Shown: piece by piece, positions 11,975 to 26,185 of the stretch | Numbering within the stretch: the stretch's first letter is position 1 | Layout: every line of letters begins with the position of its first letter | Assembly (NCBI GenBank): GCA_048213135.1 | Contig: PS015014.1 | Location: 122,973 to 186,972 of the forward strand | Direction: 5' to 3' | DNA length: 64,000 nucleotides | From: Reclinomonas americana ATCC 50394 | Lineage: Eukaryota | The notes under the pieces: generated by a model | What the model saw: only the letters and a program-made list of their open reading frames with translations | What the model was told of the DNA's origin: nothing | Databases searched by the model: none | Position numbers and translations under genes: made by a program

Positions 11975-13303
11975 GTTTCGTGGGCGCGATAGGAGAAGGG
12001 GGATGAGGGCGAAGAGTGGAAAAGAGAGAAGAAGATCGGTTCTTATGTGAGGGCTTTTGCTTCCGTTGCCGTGTTCTCATCGGACTCAGTAGGTGCTGAG
12101 ACTGATCTCTCTCTCTCTTGTGAATCTGTCTGTTACCCTTCTTTGTTGACTGCTGGGCTGATGTTCGTGGTCTTACTTGCCGTCAGTCTCTCTTGCCTCT
12201 GTTTCTTGTCTCCGTCGTTGTAGCCTGCACGTTCATATTTTCCAATCATACTCCACTCCCCCTTGTTACACTCGTCCAATTTGGGCCACTTCCTCCCTTT
12301 GTGCAACGTGTACGCGCTTCACTTCCTCATTTCAGCGCTTTTTTTCTGTTTGCCCCTCGGCTTTGTGGACTCGGTCTCCTTCGCCCTGATTGCACTCTGC
12401 ACATTTCTCTTTTCTTCTTTCGTGCTCTGTCTCTGGCACTCCTCTTGTTTGTTGACTCTTGTCTCTGCACTCCTCTCTCACTGCAACCTGCATGCGTTCA
12501 TCTTCTCTTAGTTGATCCAGTCTCTCTAATTTGCGCACCTGGCATCTTCTCTTCCTTTCGTTCAGACTCTCCTCACCGCGCCTCTTCCTCTTCTCATTCG
12601 TTGCATCGCGTGTGTGCGCATCCTTCCTCCTCCTGTTAGGCACACCGCACCTTCTGTGCCTTCTCTCTTTCCCTTTCCTGTTGCTCCTTCTCCCTCTTCC
12701 CTCCCTCTCCCTCTCTCTGCCCTCTCTCAATATCCCTCTCTCTCTCCCTNNNNNNNNNNNNNNNNNNNNNNNNNNNNNNNNNNNNNNNNNNNNNNNNNNN
12801 NNNNNNNNNNNNNNNNNNNNNNNNNNNNNNNNNNNNNNNNNNNNNNNNNNNNNNNNNNNNNNNNNNNNNNNNNNNNNNNNNNNNNNNNNNNNNNNNNNNN
12901 NNNNNNNNNNNNNNNNNNNNNNNNNNNNNNNNNNNNNNNNNNNNNNNNNNNNNNNNNNNNNNNNNNNNNNNNNNNNNNNNNNNNNNNNNNNNNNNNNNNN
13001 NNNNNNNNNNNNNNNNNNNNNNNNNNNNNNNNNNNNNNNNNNNNNNNNAGATGAGAGCAGAAGAGAAAAAAACAAACGACAACACCAAATCCCCGCAGGA
13101 GAGGAAAACAAAGAAAAAGCACAACACCAGCATGGCGACCAACGTGTGTGCCCTCCCCCACTTCCCCTCTCCGACAAAGCGCTTACACAAATCCGTTTCT
13201 GTTCTTCCCCCTCCCACCCCCACCTCCCATTTCCTCCACTCACTCACTCACTCCACAGAGTGCGCAAGCAGATGGCGAAAAAAGTAGCGATGGTTGTTTG
13301 TGT

Positions 13304-13764
13304 TTAGAGGGTGACGCCCTCCTCCACGTCGGCGGCGGCGTTACCAGAGTGCGCCTCCATCAGCTTGCTGATGTCGAACTTGGGCGCCTTGAGCACCTTC
13401 ACCTTTCGGATGAACACGTTCTGCAGCGGGTAGATGCTGTTGCATGCCTTCTCAATCTCCTTGCCAATGACCTCCGGAATCCTGGTAACGATGAGAGAGT
13501 GAGTGAGTGAATCATTCCTCCTCCTCAATCATGCCACGCGTACGCAACAGCTTCTCCACCAGTTGGCGCAGGTCCGACGTGGTAGTGTGCTTGCCCATCA
13601 CCGAGGCCATCTTGCCGCGGATGCGCTTGACCTGGCTCGAGGTCGCGTACGACGTCTTCTTCTGCTGTGACAGGCGGCGCTTGGTCTGGCCGATGCAGAA
13701 CAGGCGCACGAGGTAGTTGTCGGTCGTCTTGAGGTCGACGACGGACTCGATCAGAGTGTGCCAC
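13304..13764 (-). CDS. RPS3A: 40S ribosomal protein S3a/eS1, 3' half (opposite strand, on a gap-flanked contig)
   Basis: [25 protein letters not shown]...TSYA...[41 protein letters not shown]. The acceptor phase matches the donor at 11975. Confidence 0.93.
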
Positions 13765-14095
13765 CTGGAGTGAAGGAGGGGGAAGGGGTGGTGAGTAAGC
13801 AGGAGNNNNNNNNNNNNNNNNNNNNGTCGCCGTGAGCCAGCCGCTGCAATATATCGAAACCAGAAACATCAATTGTGGGGGGGCATGGATGTAAAGTACA
13901 TTGTGGACAGCGAGTCGTGAAGAAATGCAGTGCGGTGGGAAAGATGAAAGAGACGAGTTAAACGTTCGATGCGGCGGCCGCAGACATTGGCGCCGATGGT
14001 CTTCCTCTGGCCAGCAATGGAGAGCTGTCACTCAGCTCAATCTCCTGAGGCACTGTAGAATTCGAAGTTAGCAATGCAACGAAGGCGAATTCCAC

Positions 14096-16061
14096 TCAGG
14101 ACGGTACCAGCACAATACCTGCACGTTTGGCAATTTCCTTCCGCTTTCGCTGCGCCAGCCTCAAAAGGCGATTGTGGAATGACTGCGAAATCCCCTGGCG
14201 CAACCCAGAGACAAACTCGAACTCGGGCAGCAGAAACTTCTTGACCAGCATCATGATTAACACGACCAGCGAGCACACGGTCGCGTAATGCTCAGCTGAC
14301 TGCAGCTGTGCATCATCCAACGTGGCCTGTGCCCGGCTCTCCAGTACGTACACTGCAATCAGAAGTCCGACAGTCGCCAGAATCATGGCAGCGCAGAACA
14401 CCAAGTACGCCACACGTCCGACTCTCAACTCCAGCGACCGAGGACGTGGAACAAGTCGATACCGGACCTCGCAACGGAGAGTGGAAGCCAATGCATCGAT
14501 GGCGGCAAGCAACACGACCACCAGCGAGATGTCCGAGAGGCGTCGCGTGTACAGCGGCACCGTCTTGACCATACCCGTGACATTTCGCGCAAACCACCAG
14601 GAAGAAACTACGAGACAACCAATGGCGTATCTTCCTGTAGTCAACAAAACAAGTGAGCTCTGCAGTCTGAGCATGCTTATAAACGGCAACATTTGCCGAC
14701 AGCAACTCACCAAGAGCAGGGATCCAGTTCACGTTCCAGTCTGCCACGTGGAACAGAGGGGTCGTGTCGACCAAGTCCTTCAGTGAGATGTTGGTCATCA
14801 TCCACACAGCAGCAGTTGAGAATAGCCAGGCAGTGTTTGACATGAATACAGCAGCAACGGCTTGGATGTCCACCAGCACCAGAATCGCAATGAGCCAGAC
14901 TCCTGTCCCGACGATGTGCAAGCAGAAGTTGTGGAACATCGAGACCACCAGGCGAAGGAGTAGTCGTGCCAATTGTATTGCGCTATTCTGGGTCTGGAGG
15001 CACCTGTCTGCTACCCTTGTCAACGACCTGCAACAATATAGTATGCAATGTCAGTAACGTGCACTAACATCGCGTCGACAGAAACGCTACATACCACATA
15101 AGCCCTGTAAATATCAGCATGACCAACGGAAAGAAAACGACAACGAACTCTACCATCACGCCAACGGCGAGTAACACGTTAATGCAGTCGTCATACAAAA
15201 AGAAGCAGTCACTGTCCTCGAACACTGTCCACGCCGTCGCATTGCACTGGTGCAACGCAGGTAAGTGACCATTCATTGCAAACATGCACTTGCCAGTGTC
15301 GGCGTTTGGTGGTGCAGCACACCAAGCACATGGCCCAGCAGGCCCGTATGTGGAACACCCAGACTCTGACAATGTCCGACAATCGTCAACCGTCACGGCT
15401 TTCGAGCAGTCAACGTCAAACTTAATGTCTTCGTGACGACTGACCATATCAGCAGTCTTGACCATTATCAAAATAACGGCGACAAAAAGAGCACAAGCGC
15501 CAAGAATAAAGAAAATTGACACGACAAAGTGGCCCCCACTTGTGGTCCATCTCCACCTTTCGTAACGTCGCCGCCAAGCTGAGCAGCATATGCACCAGCC
15601 GAAAATGTGAACCAGCAGTCGAGAAGGGATATCCAGGGGAAAGGTTGTACTTGTCTCCGGTTTCGCGAATACCTCAAGGCGCAGATCATCCAGCGCGACG
15701 TTGACGCCTTCCACTGTGATAACTGAGTTGCTGTCAAGTGGCTCTGCACCCCGCACGTGAGTACAGAGAACGAGAACCATTTGTGCTCGTGTTAGACATT
15801 GACTTACCATCACGGCACTTGGTAAGGCTCTCGAGCACATGCTGACGCTGAACCTCGTGCAGTCGAAGCCGGTCCAATAGCACATACAATCGACCTGTTC
15901 GCACGTTTCTCGCACCAAGCATATCGCGGAACAACTCCGAGCGTCGAACAGGATTCCCCTCGTGCAGGAACTGGTTGCGCAGTTCGCGGATCTCTTCGAT
16001 AATGTTCAGCTGCCGACAGCAGCAAGTGCGTGCGAGGCCGTCAAAAACATTAATTGCGGCA

Positions 16062-16150
<89 letters not shown>

Positions 16151-16381
16151 CGTCGTCGTCGTCGTCGCGACGACGACGTACGTACGTACGTACGTCGTCG
16201 TCGTCGTCGTCGTCCGTCGTCGTCGTACGTACGTACGTCCGGTCGGTACGGACACGTACGTNNNNNNNNNNNNNNNNNNNNTACCGTACGTTACGTACGT
16301 ACGTACGTACGTACGTACGTCGACGACGACGACGACGACGACGTACGTCGCGGCGGACGAACGAAACTAACTAATACGTAC

Positions 16382-16470
<89 letters not shown>

Positions 16471-17000
16471 CTGTCTCGTCTTCAGGGTCCGCAGGATCCA
16501 GTAGCCTGGCGATCCTGCCGCTGCTGAGATCCCTGGTGGCGACATGAAGCATAATGTTCGTGCACGCTGTGACATCGACATCGGGATTGGGAACTTGACT
16601 AGATCCAGCAGCTGCGGATGGAGTCGCAGCGGAAGACGGCGAGTGTCCGAGTGAGCGCCACCACACCAGCAGAATCTCCACTGCGTCAAGCGACAACTTC
16701 AATCCCCGAGACCTGCCGTTCACATTTATGACCGTGCTGCACGATATGCGCGTGAGTGGGATGGCTCGACGCATGCATACACAGGCACCACAGACAGACC
16801 GTAGATCACGATGGGGACTGTTCAGGTCGAGTTCCCACTGCTGGATGTGCACCTCCGGATCAATTTCATGCGCATGTGCACGAAGAAACAGTTGAAGCAG
16901 CGCAGCGACACGGCTTTGCAACGCGAATGTCACTGGACGCGCAAGTGCTAGATACGTACGCAGTCCGAGTTCCTGCCTCTGCGCCTCGACATCGTCGACA
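14096..17000 (-). CDS. Multi-pass membrane protein with a Cys-rich (PSI-like CAWC) loop; 5' end uncertain
   Basis: Exons at 14096-14635, ~14710-15030 and ~15090-15750 hold many hydrophobic helices and DC...DC...GC...CAWC...C...C. Upstream soluble exons span the (CA)n gap. Confidence 0.55.
16063..16468. repeat. (CA)n microsatellite interrupted by a gap and TACG/GTC noise
   Basis: Long CA runs at 16063-16147 and 16383-16468. Confidence 0.9.
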
Positions 17001-17323
17001 CGCTGGACGCTGTTGGTACACATTGAGCACACACAGCGCATCCTGTTCAAAACGCAGTCGCTGTGCAACAGACCGCTCAGGAGACTCGTCATCATCGCTC
17101 ATGGAGTTGAAGAAACGATGGGTTCGCCGAAATTGACCCAACCTCTCACACACGTGTCGTGCAGCGTCTGGTCAAACCCGACAATCAAGTACGAAGTTGC
17201 CTGTGCAGTGGATGGCCTTCACTGCGTTGCGTTTGTGGTGACAGCTGAATAGAAGGGCGGCAGAAACTTTCAGCAGGACCTCGTTTTTCTCTCTCGTCTG
17301 TACTGCGACGTTTGTTGCATAAA

Positions 17324-18214
17324 ATGCTTGAGCGGAGCGACGATCGCGCCCAGCGGAGCGACGATCGCGCCCAGCGACGCGTCATCCGCGACTTCCGTAA
17401 GCTCATCAAAGCAGTGCGCGGGTTTGCCATTCAGAAAATCACACGGCAGCGCAAGAAACGCGTGGAGGGCGGCGAGGTGCATTCTCTCCCATTCTCTCTA
17501 CCTCATCTCTCTCCCTTCCTCTCTCACCACTCTCCACGTACACAGAACGCCGCCACCTCCCGCGGCATCGCCCACCTAGACTTCCACCACGCACTCCTCC
17601 GCGCCGCTCGTGTCACCGACGCCTTTTGCCTCGCTGTACTGGCCTTTGCACGCTCGCGATCCCGCGCCGCTCGTCGACACTGGAAGCAGTGTGAGCGTGG
17701 CAAGAGCGAGGGCGAAGAGGACGACAACGACTCTGACGACGAAGCTGCAAACGAGAGTGGTGTTGGTGGCAGTGTGCTTCCACGGTGTGCGGCCAAGCGA
17801 GTGGCGCGAGCGCTGGCCGCCGAGCAGCGTGTGCGGGACTTTATCGAGGAGCACGGGGAGCTGTTGCCGCTGTCTACCACGGAGAGCGAGGACGAGCGAG
17901 AGTCGTGGCCGGAGGGAGTGACGCATGTGTCGTGGTGGGTGTCGGAGGTGTCGTGGGGTTCCGTGATCGGTGAGACTCATTGCTCTGTTCGTGTGTTAGG
18001 CTGTGTGCGCGACAGCAGCAGAGTCGAATGGCGTTGGAGAAGCGGCGGCGCAAGCGGTGATGCACTCTCTCTGAGGCGGAAGGCGAAAGAAGAGGGAGCC
18101 ATATGCAGCCTCTCGGCGGCAGTCGAACGACGAGCCGGGCGCCACACCTCGCATGGGTTGGCCAGTGCGACGTGTTTGTGGAACTCGCCACCGCCACACA
18201 GTTGTTCACGTTGA
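17324..18214 (+). CDS. Hypothetical basic/acidic protein; N-terminus reminiscent of Bud22/SRFBP1
   Basis: RKLIKAVRGFAIQKITRQRKK and an acidic tract EEDDNDSDDE. A 21-bp duplication sits at 17331-17372. The family call is weak. Confidence 0.4.
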   Translation: MLERSDDRAQRSDDRAQRRVIRDFRKLIKAVRGFAIQKITRQRKKRVEGGEVHSLPFSLPHLSPFLSHHSPRTQNAATSRGIAHLDFHHALLRAARVTDAFCLAVLAFARSRSRAARRHWKQCERGKSEGEEDDNDSDDEAANESGVGGSVLPRCAAKRVARALAAEQRVRDFIEEHGELLPLSTTESEDERESWPEGVTHVSWWVSEVSWGSVIGETHCSVRVLGCVRDSSRVEWRWRSGGASGDALSLRRKAKEEGAICSLSAAVERRAGRHTSHGLASATCLWNSPPPHSCSR

Positions 18215-18387
18215 TTGAGTGAACTCTATCACAACAATACACCTCGTTCCCTTCACTCTCGCAGTCATCGCTTCCGCATGGATCGGCCAGCGACGTGTGC
18301 CACGCAGTTGATCAAGCCTTGCGAGTGAACTTCTTCACACCCTACGACCTAACTGTACACCTCATTCCCTTCACTGTCACAGTCCGA

Positions 18388-20621
<2,234 letters not shown>

Positions 20622-20685
20622 TGCTCTCACAGACAAGACAACGATGATTGGCAGTCACTGCTCGCTCTGTCTCTTGTGTGCTCTG

Positions 20686-21728
20686 ATGGAAGATGGGGTG
20701 GTGGAGTCGGCCATGGAGCTCTTCTCCAGCACATGCGAGGCCGAGGCTACTGCTCTCCCACCAACACCAGCAGTGGTGGTGCTGAAACGAACACCAGCGC
20801 GCGTTGTGCGTCGATTGTATGCTTTGCTGAGTGCAGTGGATCGCGTGTTTGGCGAGGTGCGTGTGCGCGTGTGTGTGTGGACGCGATGCACAGTACGGTG
20901 CGGTTAAGCTCGATCGCTCAGCTGGGCATTGCGTACTGGGCGACGGGAGGCACGATTTTGGGCGCGCTCCGACATGGTGGTCTCATTCCGTGGGACGATG
21001 ATGCAGGTGCGAAGAAGGCGGATCGACGCGAGTGGTCTTCTTGTGCTAATTGATGATCGCTGGCAGACATCTGTGTGTTTGATACGGTGGTCGAATCGCT
21101 TCTGTTGCCGCATGCACGACCGCGACTGGAGCAGGAGCATGACAGTTGCTTCCATTGTCATTGCCGATCCTTGCTTGTCTTGCAGCTTCCGTGCTCAATC
21201 GCGCAGTTCGACTGGTGGAGGCACCGTTCGGGTGGCGTGCGTTTCATGCTGTCGAGTCCGACGAGATTATCGAGGATCCGCTGGCGACGCATCGCTTCCC
21301 GTTTGTCGACATTTGGGTGTTCACCGACGGCCCGCCACGCAAGCGGTGTCGACTGGCGGTGAAGAGCAGTCGCGTGTGTTGGCCACATGAATGGCTCGGG
21401 GCGTCTTCTCCTTCTCTCTGTCTGCGTGCGGAGCTTGATGTGGGTGAGCTGACACTAATGCAGGTTTGAGAACGATGGTGTCGCGCGTGCCGAGCGGCGC
21501 TGCTTTGGCGATCTGCACGTGCCGGTCCCGCTCGACGCCGAGGCGTACCTCGATCGGTACATTGGCGAGGAGTGGCGCGAGTGGGGTGCGTCGCCCACCT
21601 ACGATCACATTCGACGCAAGTGGACAACTCCCGTGCGCTTCCGACTGCAACCGCAGCACTTGCAGCCGGCGTCCACACGCGACGAGGACGACGACGACGA
21701 CGATGATGTGCTACGCGATGCATTATAG
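20686..21728 (+). CDS. LicD/fukutin-family nucleotidyltransferase-fold protein
   Basis: YWATGGTILGALRHGGLIPWDDDA|DI, FPFVDIW and FGDLHVPVP...YLDRYIGEEW. Confidence 0.85.
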
Positions 21729-21960
21729 GCGACTGTTTATGAGTCTTCCTCCTCTGTGTGTGAGCCGGTGTCCACACGCGACGAGGATGACGACGACGAT
21801 GATGATGTGCTACGTGATGCATTATAGGCAACTGTTTATGATTGTTCTTCCTCTGTGTGTGAACCGGCATCCACACGCGACGAGGACGACGACGACGACG
21901 ATGATGTGCTGCGTGATGCATTATAGGCGACTGTTTATGATTCTTCTTCCTCTGTGTGAG
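21665..21960 (+). repeat. Three tandem ~98-bp copies of the LicD gene 3' end
   Basis: Unit ccggygtccacacgcgacgaggaygacgac...tgcattataggcractgtttatga...cctctgtgtg, three times. Confidence 0.9.
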
Positions 21961-21971
21961 TAGTAGCGACG

Positions 21972-23521
21972 TCAGTACTTCTCCATGACAAAGCACGCGC
22001 CGTTCTCCGACACAAAGCACAGATACTCTTGGCGACCCGATAGTGCCGGTGGGGGCACACTGAGCGTCACAATCGGTGCCTGTGCGTCCTTGTAGATGCT
22101 ATTGACCACGCTGTCGTTCTCCTCCTCGACGTCGTCGCGCCGTGCCGATCGCCTCGAGCCGCCACCACTCATGTCGTCGTCCCCGTCGTCCTCCACGGTG
22201 CTGGCCAGCGAGCCGCCCTCCGTCGGACCTCTCGTCACCCACACCACCTGCCCGTCTTGCGTGCACGCCACCACCTGTGGTGGTTGTGGCGAGGCCAGCA
22301 GCTGCACTTGCCACACTGAAGTACGGCGAAAGGAAGAGAGAAGATGTGAGACCAGCAACCACATCACTTCGTTCTCTCAGTTGACGGTCTCACCAGAGGC
22401 CGGGAAACTGGCATCCACCACCACCACTGGACTGCGTGGCTCACGAATGTCGTACACCCGCACACGACCCTCCGTGCTGCCGACGGCCACGTGGTGCTTG
22501 GTGGCGTTGCTGCTGAGACTGGTGATGCGATCGCCCGGCAAAATGGAGCTGTGTGACATGCACCCAATGAGCACCCGTGCATGCCACGACTCGAGAGTGG
22601 CAGAGAAGCGCGCAACTGTCGACACTCGAGTGTCAGCGTCTTTGCGTCGGCATCGACACGCCAGTACGCCAGCGTGCCCGTGGACGACACCGACCACACA
22701 TCCCTGCTGCTGACAAAGCGCACATCGGTGATGCTGCCGCAGTCCGCATCCGCTGCACACGCCGTCATGTCAACAAACAACCCCTCGCCAGCTGCAAGCA
22801 CAGCCACCACCTGTACTCACCCACAACAGCGACCTCCACCGGCTGCGCACCCTGGCAGTCGACCAACCGCAGCGCACCATCCTCACCACCGACCACCGCC
22901 AACAGCGATCCCGACAACACATCCAAGCACGTGAGCGGCAGCTCGTCGCACACTCGCAGCTTGGAGACCCGCTCTTGCCGCGCTGCATCAACGAGCAGAG
23001 GGTGACGACACGCGGCAAAGCAGGGAGAAGAGAGAGAGAGGAGACAGACCATCAGCAAACGGGCGATAGACAACCACCAAGCCTGCACTGGTGGTGGCCA
23101 CCACCGTCTCCCGTGCATGAGCATTCTCCGCCACCTGCACGACAAGCAACAAGTCACGCCAGTGCATGTCTTGCCTCCTCCTCTGCTCACTCACTCACCG
23201 CGAGTGCTGTGACCTCGCCCTCCACCGACACACTATCAATGCGCTCCAGAGTGGCCACAGGCGCCGCCGCCGACGATCGCGCCACACACCACAACGCGAG
23301 TTGCTCTCTCTGCACACACACACGCACTGGTGAGACACAGACAGAGAGACAGTGTGTGTGAGAGAGAGACAGCCGACCTCATCTGCAGCGCCAGTGACCA
23401 CACACAACGAGTGCGGATCTGCAGTGACAAAGGTGGCCACTCGCACCACACTCTGTCCCAAGAACGTCGTCAAGAGGCGACGCAGGCCGAGGCCAGGAGT
23501 CACAACTTTGCGTCTTTGCAT
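21972..23521 (-). CDS. NUP43: Nucleoporin Nup43-like WD40 protein
   Basis: Ordered motifs VTGAADE..LALW, GEVTAL, VATTSAG, VGGEDG, DADCGSITDVRF, HVAVGSTEGRVRVYDIR and VWQV...CTQDG are collinear with Nup43 as I recall it. Confidence 0.7.
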
Positions 23522-23599
23522 GACACAAGAATAGAAGATGAAAGCGCGCGACCGATCGATCTATCAGACGACAGTGCGTGTGTGAGAGAGTGTGAGCAG

Positions 23600-24479
23600 A
23601 TGGGCGACGCAGCACTGGAGACAGCGCTGCGGTCGAGTCTGCGGCAGGTGGTGGAGGTCATACAGTCTATGGCATGTCGCACTCTCTCTCTCTCCACTCG
23701 CACGCACACGCACACACGCGCTCACTCGCTCGCTCCTCGCTCACAGGAAGAGGATCTGGCACGCATCCACGCGCACCTGAGTCGACTGGTGACGCGCCTC
23801 ACGCCATTGGAGAACAAGTTTCGTGCGAGTGTGTGTGTGTGTGCGCGTTCTCTCTTGCTCACTCTNNNNNNNNNNNNNNNNNNNNNNNNNNNNNNNNNNN
23901 NNNNNNNNNNNNNNNNNNNNNNNNNNNNNNNNNNNNNNNNNNNNNNNNNNNNNNNNNNNNNNNNNNNNNNNNNNNNNNNNNNNNNNNNNNNNNNNNNNNN
24001 NNNNNNNNNNNNNNNNNNNNNNNNNNNNNNNNNNNNNNNNNNNNNNNNNNNNNNNNNNNNNNNNNNNNNNNNNNNNNNNNNNNNNNNNNNNNNNNNNNNN
24101 NNNNNNNNNNNNNNNNNNNNNNNNNNNNNNNNNNNNNNNNNNNNNNNNNNNNNNNNNNNNNNNNNNNNNNNNNNNNNNNNNNNNNNNNNNNNNNNNNNNN
24201 NNNNNNNNNNNNNNNNNNNNNNNNNNNNNNNNNNNNNNNNNNNNNNNNNNNNNNNNNNNNNNNNNNNNNNNNNNNNNNNNNNNNNNNNNNNNNNNNNNNN
24301 NNNNNNNNNNNNNCTCACACGCTCTTTCACAAAGGATCACTGAGCTGGAGAAGGCGCGACCTGCTGCGCGAATGCCTCATCCAGACTCCAGCCTCGGTCG
24401 CGCAGTCGCACAAGTGGCACAGTCAGAGATGGTGGACACGCTCGTTGAGAGGTACACTGTCAGCTGGTGGTGGCCCTTT

Positions 24480-24526
<47 letters not shown>

Positions 24527-26150
24527 CTTGCTTGCTTGGTGCTCATCGTGTCGATCGCTGGGCAGTGTCAAGCGCGCTGCGGCCAAGGATCGACTGGCGA
24601 TTCTCCAAGAGGCNNNNNNNNNNNNNNNNNNNNCTGTTTGAAGCCGATCCACTCAAAGCACGACGTGGAGGAGACGGTGCGCATCTTTGAGGAGGGCGTC
24701 AACGTGCTGGATCTGCGCGACATTTTTGGTTCGACGTTTGCCAACTTTCGCAACTTTCGAGGTGCGGTTTTTGTGGTGTTCCTCTCGCTCCCCCCCCCTC
24801 TCTCTTTCTCTCACGCACACGTGCTGTGCGTAGCCACGTTTGGGCGGCTGGTGGTTGTTCCGCCGGCTCCCATCGATGTCGGCTTCAAGTTTGGCATTCA
24901 CGCCACCGATGTGGTGTTTCCGGTCGACAGTGGATCGGGCTCGTTGCTGGCGCAGCTCGTCTTCTTGGTGATGCATGGCGTAATACATAGAGCGGGAGCC
25001 ACGCCGGTGAGTTCAGGCGCGCTCTCATCGTGGCCGAGCCGCACCCTTCGGCTTACACACAGCGTCGTCGCGTGCAGGACTCGTCGGGTTTGCAAGTGCC
25101 GCACGGAGTCGATGGCGGGTTCGATCCACCACAGCCGCGCTACTTGACTGCGGCGTCGGTGTACGACTACAATGTGCGCGATCTGGACACGGAGTCGCCA
25201 ATGGCCAACACGTGGCAGATTGCGTTCGGCTACGAGAAGGTCAAGCGATATGGAGAGCGGTTGTTTACGGAGCGCGGATACCATCTCAACGCATCACGAC
25301 GCGGTACGCCGACCAGCGCTGAGGTGCTGCAAGTGGAGAGCGACAGGAAAAAGGCCATTAATCATTTCAGCAAGACCTACTACAATTGCGGCCAGACGTA
25401 CAACACCAAGTGCGTCACTTTGCAGACGGCTTGTTGTTGTTGTTGTTGCTGATGTATTTCGACGCTAGGTACGNNNNNNNNNNNNNNNNNNNNNNNNNNN
25501 NNNNNNNNNNNNNNNNNNNNNNNNNNNNNNNNNNNNNNNNNNNNNNNNNNNNNNNNNNNNNNNNNNNNNNNNNNNNNNNNNNNNNNNNNNNNNNNNNNNN
25601 NNNNNNNNNNNNNNNNNNNNNNNNNNNNNNNNNNNNNNNNNNNNNNNNNNNNNNNNNNNNNNNNNNNNNNNNNNNNNNNNNNNNNNNNNNNNNNNNNNNN
25701 NNNNNNNNNNNNNNNNNNNNNNNNNNNNNNNNNNNNNNNNNNNNNNNNNNNNNNNNNNNNNNNNNNNNNNNNNNNNNNNNNNNNNNNNNNNNNNNNNNNN
25801 NNNNNNNNNNNNNNNNNNNNNNNNNNNNNNNNNNNNNNNNNNNNNNNNNNNNNNNNNNNNNNNNNGGACAACGGCGATTCGTGTACGTGTGTTTCGGGCG
25901 CAGTGCCGGCGTTGTCTACGATCGCATCATGTCGCTCAACTTTTACGCACATCGCGGTGAGTCGCCAGAAGCAAGGAAAATCGATGCTGGGTTGTTGACT
26001 CTCTGACACAATGCAGGCGTCGTGATTGTCGCACTGCCGTTCGACGAGGGCGAGTTCTTCGCCCCAGGCCCCGTGACAGCCGACGCCAGAGTTCGCGAGC
26101 TGGTATCGGCGTACAGGACTCTGACGGAGATTTTTGTGCCGGTGGCGTGA
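23600..26150 (+). CDS. Hypothetical protein with N-terminal coiled coil; gapped
   Basis: Consistent exon chain across three N gaps, ending ...TLTEIFVPVA-TGA. Confidence 0.55.
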
Positions 26151-26185
26151 CGAACGCCAGTGTAATATTTTCTGAAGTCACACAT

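Noticed and set aside
16148-16382. (TACG)n/(GTC)n palindromic-looking array around a gap
   Set aside because: It matches the TACG flow order of 454 pyrosequencing and sits at contig ends after a CA microsatellite, so it is most likely read-end noise.
16866-17153. Cys-rich ORF resembling a RINGv domain (CRRC...KPCRC)
   Set aside because: It lacks the His and correct ligand spacing, and the overlapping frame fits the membrane-protein gene better.
21665-21960. CRISPR-like repeat array
   Set aside because: These are contiguous tandem units with no unique spacers, no cas genes and a eukaryotic context.
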